DNA of 64,000 nucleotides, taken from assembly GCA_965216295.1 (NCBI GenBank), contig OZ244141.1, positions 365,299 through 429,298 on the forward strand, given 5' to 3'. Under the pieces are notes generated by a model. It did no database searches. It was not told the origin of the DNA and worked only from the letters and a program-made list of their open reading frames with translations. Positions 62,848 through 64,000 of the stretch are shown here, in pieces; within the stretch, counting starts at the first letter, position 1, and every line of letters starts with the position of its first letter. Made by a program: the position numbers and the translations under genes. Origin of the DNA: Minisyncoccota bacterium (GTDB taxonomy: Bacteria > Patescibacteriota > Minisyncoccia > Phycocordibacterales > JABAAK01).

Positions 62848-64000
62848 TTAGTAATTCTTAAGTCGCTCAACATTTTTATGTGCTCGCATTTTCTCAAGTG
62901 CTTTTGCCTCTATCTGTCGCACCCGCTCACGAGTAACATCAAACTTCTGCCCTATCTGTTCAAGCGTGTATTGAACGCCATCTTCAGCCATACCGTGACG
63001 CAACTCTATAATCTTACGTTCTTTCGCAGAAAGATCACATAATATCTCTTGAATTTGCTGTTTCAAAATATTTCTTGCAGAGATACTATCTGGAGACTCT
63101 TGTTCTTTATCCTCAATAACATCAGCAATTTTTGTCGCATCGTCATCACTACTACCACCACCGAGTGGGCGCTCTAATTGAATAACATCCTGTCCAACAC
63201 GACGAATCATATTTATCTTTTCTGGATCAACTTCCATTTCAACAGCAATTTCTTGTACTGTTGGTGGTCGTCCAAGATCTTGTTCCATCTGCACCATAAT
63301 TCTTTGATATCGAGAGATAGTCTCTGACATATGTACAGGAATTCGGATAGTACGTGATTTATCAGCCAGTGCTCTTGTCACAGCTTGCTTAATCCACCAC
63401 GTTGCATAGGTTGAAAACTTATACCCTCGTTCGTGTTCAAAACCATCAACCGCTTTATATAAACCATTCGTTCCCTCTTGAACAAGATCAAGAAGATTCA
63501 AGTCACGACTCCGTGCAGCATAGTTTTTCGCTATCGATACAACAAGACGAAGATTAGAACAGGCAAGCCTATCACGTGCCTTTGCAGCAGCAAGTAAAAT
63601 ACTTCTCTTCTCACGAGGATTTCGTGGTCGCAAAGTACCCAATGTCAATTTCTTACCTCTTCCTATTAATTCACCAAGTTCTTGTTCCTGTTTTGCATTG
63701 AGCAATGGATATCGACCAATGTCACGAAGATACATTTGAACAGAATCATAGGACGACGGTTGTGCCTCTGGAAAATCATTATCTGTTTCTCGAGTCACTT
63801 CTTGCAATAGACCCTCACCAGGAACGTAGTCAAGACACTTGTGCCCAAGGACAGCAGTGACAGCTTTCCACCCTTCAGCTTCATCAGTTTTTTTTGCATC
63901 AATTGCTGGTATGTACTGTATAATATCATTTGGAACAACATAACCACGTTTCTCACATATTTGTACTAACTTACGCAATCCACGACGAAACTCTTTTGGA
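62848..64000 (-). CDS. rpoD: RNA polymerase sigma-70 factor RpoD (N-terminus beyond window edge)
   Basis: Region 1.2 'YLRDIGRYPLLNAKQE', region 2 'NLRLVVSIAKNYA...DLVQEGTNGLYKAVDGFE...KFSTYATWWIKQA', and region 4 'LTLEQIGQKFDVTRERVRQIEAKAL'. The frame stays open upstream to position 64000. The listed start at 63978 is a TTG, so the N-terminus is probably truncated by the window. Confidence 0.9.
   Translation of the reverse strand, partial: PKEFRRGLRKLVQICEKRGYVVPNDIIQYIPAIDAKKTDEAEGWKAVTAVLGHKCLDYVPGEGLLQEVTRETDNDFPEAQPSSYDSVQMYLRDIGRYPLLNAKQEQELGELIGRGKKLTLGTLRPRNPREKRSILLAAAKARDRLACSNLRLVVSIAKNYAARSRDLNLLDLVQEGTNGLYKAVDGFEHERGYKFSTYATWWIKQAVTRALADKSRTIRIPVHMSETISRYQRIMVQMEQDLGRPPTVQEIAVEMEVDPEKINMIRRVGQDVIQLERPLGGGSSDDDATKIADVIEDKEQESPDSISARNILKQQIQEILCDLSAKERKIIELRHGMAEDGVQYTLEQIGQKFDVTRERVRQIEAKALEKMRAHKNVERLKNY

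Overview
Reading of a 64-kb window, ~40% GC by eye, that looks like a small-genome, uncultivated-type bacterium (possibly CPR/Patescibacteria-like; that lineage call is inference only). Most of the window is conserved housekeeping, largely on the minus strand.

Core content:
- Nucleotide and tRNA metabolism: prs, tsaD, trmD, and six aminoacyl-tRNA synthetases (leuS, gltX, hisS, glyQS, trpS; note gltX sits inside the cell-wall cluster).
- Translation and protein quality: lepA, frr, greA, msrA/msrB, an Hsp20, and grpE-dnaK-dnaJ.
- Cell envelope: murJ, mraZ-rsmH-ftsL-ftsI, a separate mraY-ftsW-murG block, mreBCD-mrdA plus an orphan second mreB, an M23 peptidase, two PBP5-type D,D-carboxypeptidases (one fused to an L,D-transpeptidase domain), and two DsbA-like thioredoxin-fold proteins.
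- Chromosome and transcription: scpAB, holB-like, and a ribosomal/transcription block rplM-rpsI | rplQ-rpoA-rpsD-rpsK-rpsM-rpmJ-infA | trmD-KH-rpsP | rpoD (rpoD runs off the window edge).

Stable RNAs recognised directly from sequence:
- Seven tRNAs: Glu-TTC, Val-GAC, Phe-GAA, Arg-CCT, Leu-CAG, Ser-CGA, Asn-GTT.
- A bacterial RNase P RNA on the minus strand at ~12.58-12.95 kb.
- A degenerate 3'-half copy of tRNA-Asn about 1.85 kb downstream of the intact gene.

The most interesting material is four AT-rich accessory blocks, each next to a tRNA:
- tRNA-Glu: an EVE-domain protein fused to a nuclease-like domain (type IV restriction-like).
- tRNA-Leu: a minimal UvrD-like SF1 helicase plus a Zn-ribbon protein.
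- tRNA-Ser: a three-gene module, namely a 491-aa protein with a C-terminal Mrr-cat-type PD-(D/E)xK nuclease and an unrecognised N-terminal domain, a small HExxH gluzincin-like protein, and a MazG-like NTP pyrophosphohydrolase. This is my best candidate for an undescribed defence system.
- tRNA-Asn: an orphan purD and a membrane-protein gene, bracketed by the intact tRNA and its partial 3' repeat.

Other notable points:
- A 10-bp-phased GTGG repeat array (MraZ boxes) just upstream of mraZ.
- An rpmJ (L36) variant lacking all Zn-binding residues, missed by the ORF track because it is under 60 aa.
- A tandem-repeat C-terminal extension on rpsP.
- An acidic N-terminal extension on the Hsp20.

No CRISPR array, integrase, transposase or prophage structural genes were seen.
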